Source: an uncultured virus (IMG/VR IMGVR_UViG_3300008339_000034) (Duplodnaviria; Heunggongvirae; Uroviricota; Caudoviricetes). From it: DNA of 64,000 bases. The notes beneath the pieces were generated by a model that did not search any database, was not told the origin of the DNA, and worked only from the letters and a program-made list of their open reading frames with translations. Position numbers and translations under genes: made by a program. Location of the stretch: IMG/VR virus record IMGVR_UViG_3300008339_000034. One strand, written 5' to 3'. Below, piece after piece: positions 10,501-19,271 of the stretch (position 1 is its first letter; each line of letters opens with the position of its first letter).

Positions 10501-13500
10501 TGCTTTATATTCAAGATAAGATATCTTGTCGTAGAAAACACTCTGAGCTAAAGAAGTATCATCAGCCATAACTTGCCTAACAGCTTCTGCTTCCTCTGTT
10601 ACTTTAGTAAGTAAGTCTTTAACCCACTCTGTGTAAGCTTCTGTCTGAGCAGCTGCATCAGTCATTCCCATTATCTCGCTAGGTGCTACAGCGTCTATAG
10701 CAGTTCCAACTACCTTAGCAATAGTTTGCTTTCTTTCTAAAACATCATCGTATTGATTATTAAGTTCAGCAAGCATCTCAGCCAACTCATCTTGCTGTTC
10801 TTCTGTTAAGTCCGCAATTCGCTTATCGTTGTCTATAGGATCTCTTTCTTGAGTACTGATTTCTTCAGTACCATCAGGTTGCATTTCTATAGTGTCACCA
10901 CTTTGTCCTGAGCTAGATACTGACTCTAAGTACATTGCAGTAACTCTTTCTGTATCTGCTTCAATTGCTTCTAACTGCTGATCAAATGATCCATTAAAAT
11001 AAGCAACTAAGTCTCCGCCTCTGTCTGGAGCCATGACAGCTTGTGCTAATACTCCTTGAAGTTCATCTTGTGATGTAATACTAGTAGGAGTAGTGGTGGG
11101 AGTTTTGTTCTCTATAGCGTCAACTAAAGGATTATAAGTGCCTCCTGCAATTGCATCTTGCTCGGCCTGCTCTCTTTCATCTTTAATCTTTTTGACGTTA
11201 TCTCTGTACTGTCTAATACTTTCAACAAAGTAACCAGGTCTTCTACTTGCAACAACCGTCGCCGCATAGTCCTCAAGATTTGATCCTAAGTTTTCTATGT
11301 CTTCCGTTCTAGCAAAACGAGTTAACTGTAACTTACCATTAATACTATTGTCAAGAACTCCTTTTTTATCTTCATCTGTTAATTGACTGTAGAAATCAGA
11401 CTTCTTTTTATACTGGTCTATTGTCTTAGCTGCCTCTTCAGACATAGCTATCAGCTCTTTCTTTTGGTCTTCAGTATAAGTCTGTTTGTCTAAGGAAGTA
11501 AGTTTCTCATCAATTGAGTTTTTCTTTAAGATGTTCTTAAAGTAATCAAACTGAAGATGTTGATCTTCCATTAAATCTGTTAGCTGCTCTAGTTTCTTAT
11601 TGTCTAGATTCTTAAGATTACGAACTCCGTATTCTTTTTCTATTGCCTCTAACTCTTGTATCTTACCTAAAGCAGTAGCAGCTTTGTCGGCTGTTATCTT
11701 ACCTGCCTTTAACTCTTGGTCTATTTTGTTTTTATAGTACTGAGCATTAAGCATGATGTCGTACATCTCACCATACTTTCTATTTTCATTATGTGCCTTT
11801 ATCTGTTTACCTGCTCCGATTGGAAACGTAAAGTAACTTCCTGAAAATGCTGTAATCAAACCATCAACTGTTAATTCTTTTGCAGGTTCTCCTTTTAAGT
11901 TTGCTAGCCCTTCGTTATCAGCAAAGAAGTTCATTAACTCTGCTGACACTTCTTCTATTCCTTCCTCAGTTCCACGAGCCAACATAAACCTACCTACAGA
12001 AGCTCCCTTACCAGCTAGATTCAAAGATCTTGTAGCTAAGTAATCTAAAGTCGTAGGACTAAAAGCATCACCAAAAACATTGCCATATAAAGTTCTGTAT
12101 TGCTGATAACTACCTACCCAGGCTTTGCCGAAGATACCTTTCTCCGCAAAATCATCTAAGTACTTCATATCAGGAAATATGTTCTCTGTAAGAACTTCTA
12201 TTCCTGTAGATATACTCGCAATTGCATGTGCCTTAGTTCTAGCATTCTCTACGCCCTTCTCGTATAAGTCTCTATAAGTAGCGACAAACTGTTGGGGGTA
12301 AACAATTGCAGTCATACTCATTGCGTTAGGTACTCTTGCACTCAACTGTTGTACTAATGGATTCTTACTAGCTGCTGTTACATTTTGAAATGCTGCTCTA
12401 TAACTACCAGTCTTTGCAAGTGTGCCTGTGAATTGTGCTGCTCTTGCACTACTCATCATTCCTTTTGCAGTTAGAGTCTTTAAATTCCTAGCCATTAATC
12501 GGCCAGCACCACCTGCAATGGCACCACCACCATACATTGACCCTACTATTAGAGGTAACATCTCACCTCCTTGGAATACTAATGCACTTGGGTTGTACTC
12601 TCTGTTACCTTCAGCATCTTCAAAAATAAAATCTGCAGTAGTTTGATATTGTCCTCTAGAGTTAACCTTATCAAAGTTTACTAATTCTTCAACTGTAACT
12701 GCGTTATTGAATCTACGTCCTTTTGTCTCTAGCCATTCCCAGCCTGTAGCACCTCCTAGTCCTTCAATTATGTTTCCTAAAAACTGCTGAGCTACTCCCT
12801 GTGCTACCTTTTGACCAGTACGTCCTACTATATAAGCTCCTTTAGCTACTCCATAATCCTGCTTAAAGTAAAACTTACTTAAAGCTTCTTTCTTTTCTTC
12901 TCTTTCTACATATGTACCTAAGAAGTTAGTAAGCTCTTTGTTTGTCTTAAATGCTTCTGGATTATGAATCTCACTAGTTTTGTCAATCAACTTTTTATTA
13001 AAGTCAACACTTTGTTGCAGTACTGAGATTTCTTTCTGAATCTCCTGTAGTCTGTTTGGAGTTATAGTAGACGACTCAGCTTCTTTAACAAGTTGTTCTT
13101 GTCTTTTTACCGCAGTAATAACTTTATTGGTCAACTCAGTAGTAATACCTTGACCTAATTGTAGGTGCGATTTGATTAAATCTCCTTTAAAGCCATCATA
13201 CCTACTTTCATTAACTTCTCCTAAAGCACCAGTAGTCAATGGAGTGCCTTCTAGAAATCTCTGAAGAGCAATTTCATTTATTACCTTCTTACCCCCTGTT
13301 TCAATGTCCGCTTCAGTTAGTGCTCTATCAAGGTAGTTTTCGTTGTAGATGTCTTTAAGTACCTTAGTAAAGTCGCTACTAACAGTAGCCAATCCACCTG
13401 CTTTGTTTTTAAAAGAGTCTAGACTTTTTAAGAAATCTTCGTCTGTTTTAAAGTTAGTTCTTAACTGTTCTAACGCACCAACTGTTTCTTTACTCTTAAT

Positions 13501-14427
13501 AGCAGTAACTCTCTTTTCGTAGGTATCCTCAAGAGAATTCTTAAGTTTGTTTAACTCAAGTTTCTTTGCAGTAATCTTACCTACTCTTTCTTGGCTATCC
13601 TTAATAGATTGTTGATCTCCACTTCGAATAGCTGACTGACTCCAATACTTAGACTGTTCCTCTAAATCTTTTAGTTGACCATCAATATCGGTATAAAGTA
13701 ACTTCTTAGTTTTTACTAAATCAGGAATACTGGTAGATTTAAAGTAATTACTAGCACTAGTTTCAAAAGACTTTACTCTCTGTTTCTCTTGTTCTTTTAC
13801 TTCGGCTTGTTTTTCAGGAGTCAACATACTAGTTAAATCTCCGACTAAGCTAGTCTCAGACACAGGCTTACTTAGGATAGAAGCAGTTCTTTGAGCTGCT
13901 ACTTGAATCCCTTCATTTGCATTCTTTACTCCCCAACCATTATTCTTCAGTGAATTCTCTATATAAAGTAAATCATCTTTTACTTCAATGTTCTTTTGTT
14001 GCTCTAACTCTTTCTGTGTAGGCATATACCTATCATCAAAAAAAGTTTTTAACTTCTTTTGTGAACCAGTTGCTACGGGTGCTTGAACCATACCAGGTGC
14101 ATTGGCTAGGTAAGAACCGTCTCCTGTGTTTCTTTTGTAGCCTTCTTTTATCATGTCATCCCACGTTTTACTAATAGTAGTAGAAGGGGTGGGATTAGTA
14201 ACCTTTGCAGGAGTTGTAGAAGCTACCCCTGGCGTATTTATATTAGTGCTAGAGGCAGTACTAGGTAAACTAGTAAGCATACTAGACTTTAAACTTTCTT
14301 GAGTATAGAAGTTTATTCTAGTTTGTGCTGCTTGTAAATCTATATTACGGCCTTCTGCAAATGCCCTATCTGAACTAACGCCTTTTGACATCAGTCCAAT
14401 TGCTTTGATTGTTCCTGGGGTGTACAT
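7573..14427 (-). CDS. Giant virion cargo/ejection protein with a C-terminal PD-(D/E)xK nuclease-like domain, 2284 aa
   Basis: Adjacent to vRNAP; helical and Gly/Ala-rich hydrophobic segments; GVAGAMDIVAVDKDGGVHIIDFK...QQTAY near the C-terminus. Confidence 0.75.
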   Translation of the reverse strand: MYTPGTIKAIGLMSKGVSSDRAFAEGRNIDLQAAQTRINFYTQESLKSSMLTSLPSTASSTNINTPGVASTTPAKVTNPTPSTTISKTWDDMIKEGYKRNTGDGSYLANAPGMVQAPVATGSQKKLKTFFDDRYMPTQKELEQQKNIEVKDDLLYIENSLKNNGWGVKNANEGIQVAAQRTASILSKPVSETSLVGDLTSMLTPEKQAEVKEQEKQRVKSFETSASNYFKSTSIPDLVKTKKLLYTDIDGQLKDLEEQSKYWSQSAIRSGDQQSIKDSQERVGKITAKKLELNKLKNSLEDTYEKRVTAIKSKETVGALEQLRTNFKTDEDFLKSLDSFKNKAGGLATVSSDFTKVLKDIYNENYLDRALTEADIETGGKKVINEIALQRFLEGTPLTTGALGEVNESRYDGFKGDLIKSHLQLGQGITTELTNKVITAVKRQEQLVKEAESSTITPNRLQEIQKEISVLQQSVDFNKKLIDKTSEIHNPEAFKTNKELTNFLGTYVEREEKKEALSKFYFKQDYGVAKGAYIVGRTGQKVAQGVAQQFLGNIIEGLGGATGWEWLETKGRRFNNAVTVEELVNFDKVNSRGQYQTTADFIFEDAEGNREYNPSALVFQGGEMLPLIVGSMYGGGAIAGGAGRLMARNLKTLTAKGMMSSARAAQFTGTLAKTGSYRAAFQNVTAASKNPLVQQLSARVPNAMSMTAIVYPQQFVATYRDLYEKGVENARTKAHAIASISTGIEVLTENIFPDMKYLDDFAEKGIFGKAWVGSYQQYRTLYGNVFGDAFSPTTLDYLATRSLNLAGKGASVGRFMLARGTEEGIEEVSAELMNFFADNEGLANLKGEPAKELTVDGLITAFSGSYFTFPIGAGKQIKAHNENRKYGEMYDIMLNAQYYKNKIDQELKAGKITADKAATALGKIQELEAIEKEYGVRNLKNLDNKKLEQLTDLMEDQHLQFDYFKNILKKNSIDEKLTSLDKQTYTEDQKKELIAMSEEAAKTIDQYKKKSDFYSQLTDEDKKGVLDNSINGKLQLTRFARTEDIENLGSNLEDYAATVVASRRPGYFVESIRQYRDNVKKIKDEREQAEQDAIAGGTYNPLVDAIENKTPTTTPTSITSQDELQGVLAQAVMAPDRGGDLVAYFNGSFDQQLEAIEADTERVTAMYLESVSSSGQSGDTIEMQPDGTEEISTQERDPIDNDKRIADLTEEQQDELAEMLAELNNQYDDVLERKQTIAKVVGTAIDAVAPSEIMGMTDAAAQTEAYTEWVKDLLTKVTEEAEAVRQVMADDTSLAQSVFYDKISYLEYKADNKEKIDKKLAEIKKIKEERKAAETPTVEETRNNVTAKEKSEETGKEVSIEVPELIQSDVTPEFAQGLTALETMPKSRLTATASQAAGDIVTDEEYNAQRGVVIQNLLGEVLGSTSLDSALAKMYSIMEAAEVSVEEKAKTLELMKKVANSEPVLEEDYTHMFELLLIKANLDLAKLKFTGPEAEVEVPAIVATQVDERTAEEIERTTAIPAPVTKKAKTKKVEAKISLPAEQPTAETNVIDTLANNQKIVSEVKVEVATTEEAKSEVQSKNQIVSTSKIYRPGDPNARTAEHFTIQEKIIESVDKEFRTVNTAVVDLFTIVEQVLGAETLVKMEEIFDEVQSKPTPERLQELRGQFLKLFPANFMDIGKIEYMFDTQMVKNVSQSDLTQVNERNLNATETEIYQVNKGRKVPEVKLKDGRIIKDTVVRESNGKLLLLKAVDVLDAKGKPITDKEGKPIVDKTWIRFEQIANPTEILAYPIIGTEPMTFTALNVLTFTVLDGDGKVQKYNNNGDKTESGNKVLITYLPTSKGKANPTPQQKAFDTMRNSVSQGERVVHNVKITGPSDSDSEVTMPDKTVKKGNYGFTFSTETLTPVDKTLPIAEVEEEKAVTQIIANKGNQQDSVNALEVLVKKAKTIPDPSKEGYLIDGERYERQSGFTRRVMGKTQVDTEDSVINMEKGAAVGNLLDIIGRDVLGGRTVKSLSEYIKEAEGMGKSLREGKGYKLEFTQEQFDALVAELESVKKELTRQGYKVYTEGLVIYRKYTQEEKVATGFAGVAGAMDIVAVDKDGGVHIIDFKNKKFKNTQTFKSSMYNSNERFPSNISKWGTQQTAYGVLSGDFGLPIRSINILAFASQYEESNGVITVNMLSKGSDQVPVLAQNKSDISDSIIRLKYDSKIAAQINSRTVKPTPQPLNKEADKVQLETIKENVPDLTDSEARNASLVLSSLGMNLNNVKSGLDSKDENPTTKNPPTC

Positions 14428-14438
14428 TTAGAATCTAA

Positions 14439-16127
14439 TTATTCGGTCTCTTTTCCTTCAAGTTTTTTCTTCATTGCTGCATTAGCTGACGCTCTAGCTT
14501 GCTCTTCTGATTGACCTAACTTGATTGCTCTTTCGTAGTTTGTATTCCACTCTTTTTGTACTGTTTCTGATGGAGTGGCACCTCCGCTACTTTTAGAACC
14601 TCCTAGGTCTTTACGAAACTGCATTGTCTCCAAAGTTAAACCAGAGTTAAAGATATCAGTTACAGGTCTAGTTAGGAAATCATCTATTGATGTTTCCACT
14701 CTACCCAATCCCTGTGATCTGTTTAATGATACTTTATCTTTACTTCCTTTAGAACCTTCGTAAGTTCTGTAAACAGCTTGCAAAGTTCTTAACTCTCTTG
14801 CATAAAGTTCTACTTGAGTAGGACTAAGTTTTGCGGCATTCTCGTTATTTAAGTTATAAAGTTGATTGATAACCTGATCAATTTGTTCAGAAGGTTTCTT
14901 GCTTGTGTCTAGTTTAAAGTCCTTACTCATGTAATTGGTAACTCGTTTCAAACTATTCAAGCTTACTTGACTACCTACAGAATAGTTCTCTTGCTCAAAC
15001 TCAAACTGTTTAGTCAATCTACTCTGTGCACCTTGGGCAGCAATCTCACCTAATCTGTTTCTGTGTTTCATGTTCTCCATGTACACTCTATCTTCTTTCA
15101 ACTCTACTTTAACTTCTTCTTTAGTCAAGTTACCTGCAATACCACTGATAAACCTGCTAGTGAAGAACGGAACATATTCACCCATATCAAAATCATCTGG
15201 GTTCATATTAATGTTTTCGTTAGCTGCAGTTATGTAATTCTCACTCTTTTGAATAATGCTTTCTACTTCTCTCAAGTTTGCTTTATCTTGGGCAGTCATC
15301 TTTTTTGGGTCTATAGACGTTAGCCTAGAACGTTCTTGCATTGCTTCTTTCTTAGCTTGGTCGTACATCAACTTCTCTTCTTTGTTGTGACCTACCCAAG
15401 TTTGATAAAGAACATCGTTACCTAAACGATACATATTAGCTTGTGCGTGTATCTGAAGTTGGGCTTGCTGTGCAGGAGTTAAACTGTTTTGAAGACGAGC
15501 CATGATTTGCTCTCTAGTTTTTCTTTTAACATCAACCTGTTGAATATATCCTGCAGGACCTTCTTTAAATACAGTAGCAGTTTCAGCAGATACCTTCTCT
15601 TCAATCTCACGTAACTCCTTTGTAATATCTGTGTACTCTACATAGGCTTTGTTCTTCTGCACTTTTTTACCAAGACCACCTTTCTCAATGTGTTCTTGGA
15701 TATCGTACATGTAAACTAAATCGTTATCTGCGTTTCTTTTTTCTTTAGCAACACCAGACAATTGCTTTTGGCGATTCTGATACTCTACTCCCCAATCAAT
15801 ACCTGCCTTAATGTACTCATCATTTTCAAAAGGTTTACCCAAGTTAATAACAGCCTCTACGTTATTCATGTTTGAGAAATCCAAACCTGCATTCTCCTGT
15901 ACGTTCTTAACTAACTTATTTAACTCTTGGTCAAAGTAATTACGTTCGTCATCTGTCAATAACATACCACGGAGTTTTCCGTAGTTATCTAGATTCTGTT
16001 TGATTTGCTTTCGACCTTCGTCATACATCTCCTGCTTCTTCATTGCAACCTTTATAAGGTCGTCTGCAGGAAGAGCATTTACGTAATCGTTGGTGACAAA
16101 TCTAGTATGTTGTGCTGAAATAGCCAT
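14439..16127 (-). CDS. Putative virion cargo protein, helical/coiled-coil, 562 aa
   Basis: Long ORF in the cargo block directly upstream of the giant proteins. Confidence 0.6.
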   Translation of the reverse strand: MAISAQHTRFVTNDYVNALPADDLIKVAMKKQEMYDEGRKQIKQNLDNYGKLRGMLLTDDERNYFDQELNKLVKNVQENAGLDFSNMNNVEAVINLGKPFENDEYIKAGIDWGVEYQNRQKQLSGVAKEKRNADNDLVYMYDIQEHIEKGGLGKKVQKNKAYVEYTDITKELREIEEKVSAETATVFKEGPAGYIQQVDVKRKTREQIMARLQNSLTPAQQAQLQIHAQANMYRLGNDVLYQTWVGHNKEEKLMYDQAKKEAMQERSRLTSIDPKKMTAQDKANLREVESIIQKSENYITAANENINMNPDDFDMGEYVPFFTSRFISGIAGNLTKEEVKVELKEDRVYMENMKHRNRLGEIAAQGAQSRLTKQFEFEQENYSVGSQVSLNSLKRVTNYMSKDFKLDTSKKPSEQIDQVINQLYNLNNENAAKLSPTQVELYARELRTLQAVYRTYEGSKGSKDKVSLNRSQGLGRVETSIDDFLTRPVTDIFNSGLTLETMQFRKDLGGSKSSGGATPSETVQKEWNTNYERAIKLGQSEEQARASANAAMKKKLEGKETE

Positions 16128-16139
16128 AGGTTACTTATC

Positions 16140-19019
16140 TTATTTGGTTTTGGTATTTGTAGTCTTTTTAGCTTTATCTACTTCTGGGATACCTGCGGTA
16201 TTACTATACATACCTTCTAGTTGAGCTGCAAATTCTTTGTCAGCATCTTTCTTTACTGTCAAGGAACGAGTCTTAGGATCGTAGTCAAAGCTACGTACAA
16301 AGTTGTTATACCAGAATTGTTTACGTGCTTCTTCCTGTTTCCATACAGACCTCTTCTGACTAGCAGAGGCAATCAACGCTTGACGTTGTGCAGTAACTGC
16401 GTCATCTGCTTGTGCAATCAAAGTATTGTATACTCTATCCAAAGATTGCATATCGTAAACATCTTCTTGGAATCTACTTTGTGCGTTATACTGGTCAGCA
16501 GCTGCTCTTTGTTGTGCATCAAAGTTTTGCTTCTCAGAGAATACTCTCTGCTTAGCACCAAGTGTAGCAATCAAAGCTGTGTTTGGATCTCCTCCTGCAT
16601 TCATAGCAGCTACATAAGAATTGTCAATATCTTGTAACTGAGGTTGAATGTTTAATGTTTGAGGCATCAAGTAAGGAGCATTATAGTCCATAGGTGCATA
16701 TGCAAACATCTGAGATGCTGCTACACCGTAAATCTCAGGAGCTAACTGAGGATAGTCAAAACCTTCAGGGTTGTACTTACCCATTGTAGCACCTTCAAGT
16801 TGTTTATTATAACCTTTTCCTGGATCTTTGCGTTTACGCTCTTCTCCTGGTTTCTCTTTAGGTTTCAAAGGTTCGTCCTCAAAGCCTAACAATTGGCCCA
16901 TAGCAGTATTACCGTGTCGTCTATCATCATCAGAGATAGGCATACCTAAAAACATTTGGTCTGCTAAACCTTCGGGGGCTACTTTAAATCCTCTAAGACG
17001 GTCCTTGTCTTTACCTCTTTTTTTCTCTGCTTGTTTTACAGAAGCAATTGCTTTGTAAGCAGCTTGATACTTTTGTACAGCATCAAGGTTTAACTCAGGG
17101 TTATCTATCTTATACCTAGTCTGACCATTAGCATCTTTGTATGCTACTGGCTTATTCTTCAAAAAAGGCAAAGAGTTAGGACTAGTTCTACCTGCCTTTA
17201 CATCCTCAACAAACTGTGAAGATTCTATATAAGCTTTGTACTTCTCAGCAGCCTTTTGTCTTTGGATATCTGGATCGTATCCCTTGTCTAACTGGAAGTC
17301 AAACAACTCAGCCTCTTGGCCCATACCTTTATAGAAGTTACGGATAGCTGTTAGGTCTGAGTTTCCACCTTCTAGGATATTTACTAGTTCGTCGGCACTA
17401 CTGATTTTTAAGCCTTCATTCTTTACAGTATTGTTGAATGCATCTGTTAACAATGGATTGAGTTCGTCTCCAAACTCATTCAATCTATTTCTTAATAAGT
17501 TAGTAGGGTCATTGCCATATTGCTCGGCTAATTGTTTACCTGCAAATTCTCCTTGGTTCTCAATAAAGATCTTCTTACCATTAGGTAAAGTTTTGTAGTA
17601 TACAGAACTAGGGTCTGCTGCATTAGTCTTACTTTGAGTTCCTGTCTCGTCACTTAGTACTTGCTTATTCTGCTCAGTGGCTGTATTAAGACTAGGAGTA
17701 GCAGTAGCGCCTAAAGTGGCAGGGTTGTTTGGTTGATTCTGTGCAGCGTTGTAGAAAGAATAGTTATCTTCCATATTGCCAAGCATTCTAATACCTGTAT
17801 CTGCATCTATTCTGCTGTTGGCTACTGCATTATCTACAGTGTCTTTTAGATTGTCTAAAAAGTCTTTTTGTCTTTTAGTCTCTGCTTCAGCTTCATCAGC
17901 TTTAGTACTTAAGTTCTCTTCATTCCAACTAGAGTAAGGCGTAGAAAAATCCCTCTTTGTCACCGCTTGTTCGGTATAGTTAGGATTGTTGAACATTCCT
18001 TGACCCATGTAGAACCCTTTTTGTTGTTCTGGAGTTAAAACTACTGGAGCATTAGGACCAAAAAACTTTGCGTTATTAATGCGAAATTGTTCTTGCTGTT
18101 GTGGTGTAAAGATTGCAGAAGGATTGCCCATACCAAACTGACCTTTTCTCATACCTTCAGGTTCCATTTCACCAGTAGAGTTGCCGTTTATTCCTTGTTG
18201 AATCTGAAACAACTCTTGAAGTTTTTTCATGTTTCTATCAAACAAAACTTCTGCAGTACTTCTATCAACAGCTTTAGCGTGTGGGTTGTCTAGAATTTTT
18301 TTGTACTTAGTAATGTCGTATTTTTTAGCTTCATCGCTAAACGTCTTGTTTAACCCTGGAACTTTAAGATGGTCAGAGAATACAATAGTACCTTCAGGCA
18401 ATACAAAGTTTTCACCTCCTTGAGAATGCTTCTTTCCTCCTACTATGTATGTGTCCATGTTAGGCATCATAAACATCTCACCACGCTCTAACTCTGCTTC
18501 TTCTGCACCTGAATCTGTACCTGTGCGAATCTCTGCACCATGCTTAGCATAGATTACACCTTGGCTTCCTGGTCTTGCCATGTACTCATATTCATTAGGC
18601 ATGTAACGAGGACGGTCATTTAAGTTTTGAATACGTTCGGTATTGTCTTGACGAGTTTGGATGTCATCGTAAATACCTTTAATAGCTGAGGTTGTACCTA
18701 CAGCCATACGGGCATAATCTCTCCAATCTCTTTTGTAAGGTTCTGCTTCTGCCCCTACTATATTAATTTTTTCATCTCCTGCTTTCTCAGCTTTTGTATC
18801 AATAGTAACTGGGTTATACTCAGGGAGTTTAACGTTAGGTTCTGCCCCAGTACTCCAATCGTATGGAGTACCTTTACTAGGCAATGACTGAGATATATCT
18901 TTAGTAATATCAGGTATACCCAACATATCTGTTGGATTCTTAACCATAGGATCTGTTTGGTACTTCTTCTTAAAAAGTTCCGTCTTTAGACCCTTAACTC
19001 TGTTTTTTCCAGTATTCAT
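16140..19019 (-). CDS. Putative virion cargo protein, 959 aa
   Basis: YAKHGA and AELERGE...GGKKHSQGG segment resembling crAss-like internal proteins; Q/A-rich C-terminal helices; position. Confidence 0.6.
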   Translation of the reverse strand: MNTGKNRVKGLKTELFKKKYQTDPMVKNPTDMLGIPDITKDISQSLPSKGTPYDWSTGAEPNVKLPEYNPVTIDTKAEKAGDEKINIVGAEAEPYKRDWRDYARMAVGTTSAIKGIYDDIQTRQDNTERIQNLNDRPRYMPNEYEYMARPGSQGVIYAKHGAEIRTGTDSGAEEAELERGEMFMMPNMDTYIVGGKKHSQGGENFVLPEGTIVFSDHLKVPGLNKTFSDEAKKYDITKYKKILDNPHAKAVDRSTAEVLFDRNMKKLQELFQIQQGINGNSTGEMEPEGMRKGQFGMGNPSAIFTPQQQEQFRINNAKFFGPNAPVVLTPEQQKGFYMGQGMFNNPNYTEQAVTKRDFSTPYSSWNEENLSTKADEAEAETKRQKDFLDNLKDTVDNAVANSRIDADTGIRMLGNMEDNYSFYNAAQNQPNNPATLGATATPSLNTATEQNKQVLSDETGTQSKTNAADPSSVYYKTLPNGKKIFIENQGEFAGKQLAEQYGNDPTNLLRNRLNEFGDELNPLLTDAFNNTVKNEGLKISSADELVNILEGGNSDLTAIRNFYKGMGQEAELFDFQLDKGYDPDIQRQKAAEKYKAYIESSQFVEDVKAGRTSPNSLPFLKNKPVAYKDANGQTRYKIDNPELNLDAVQKYQAAYKAIASVKQAEKKRGKDKDRLRGFKVAPEGLADQMFLGMPISDDDRRHGNTAMGQLLGFEDEPLKPKEKPGEERKRKDPGKGYNKQLEGATMGKYNPEGFDYPQLAPEIYGVAASQMFAYAPMDYNAPYLMPQTLNIQPQLQDIDNSYVAAMNAGGDPNTALIATLGAKQRVFSEKQNFDAQQRAAADQYNAQSRFQEDVYDMQSLDRVYNTLIAQADDAVTAQRQALIASASQKRSVWKQEEARKQFWYNNFVRSFDYDPKTRSLTVKKDADKEFAAQLEGMYSNTAGIPEVDKAKKTTNTKTK

Positions 19020-19080
19020 TAACTTAAAATATTAATTAACTTTAGAAGTTAAGTATACTTGAACTTAAAAAGTTTAAATA

Positions 19081-19110
19081 CAAATATACTCTATTGTCAA
19101 GAAAAATCAA
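19081..19110 (-). promoter_or_regulatory. Bacteroidota sigma-A-type promoter, TTG-N19-TATATTTG
   Basis: Plus strand CAAATATA 19081-19088 and CAA 19108-19110, upstream of the 959-aa ORF. Confidence 0.7.
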
Positions 19111-19117
19111 GCCTTAC

Positions 19118-19270
19118 TTAGCCTTGACCTCTGCTCGCCTTATGGTAGTTCTTGCTTTGCTTTAACTTAGAAGATTTAGTTTTAGCGTGAACTCCAGGAC
19201 GACTAACTTTTCCTTTCTCTTTATACAAAGAAGAATTAGAAGTTACTTTGGTAGATTTTTTAGTTGCCAT
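19118..19270 (-). CDS. Small very basic protein, 50 aa, not in the ORF track: MATKKSTKVTSNSSLYKEKGKVSRPGVHAKTKSSKLKQSKNYHKASRGQG
   Basis: Read by hand: ATG at 19270 one nt after the stop of the 548-aa ORF, TAA at 19118-19120; RPGVHAK...KNY..RGQG resembles a small phage protein type. Confidence 0.75.
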   Translation of the reverse strand: MATKKSTKVTSNSSLYKEKGKVSRPGVHAKTKSSKLKQSKNYHKASRGQG

Positions 19271-19271
19271 A

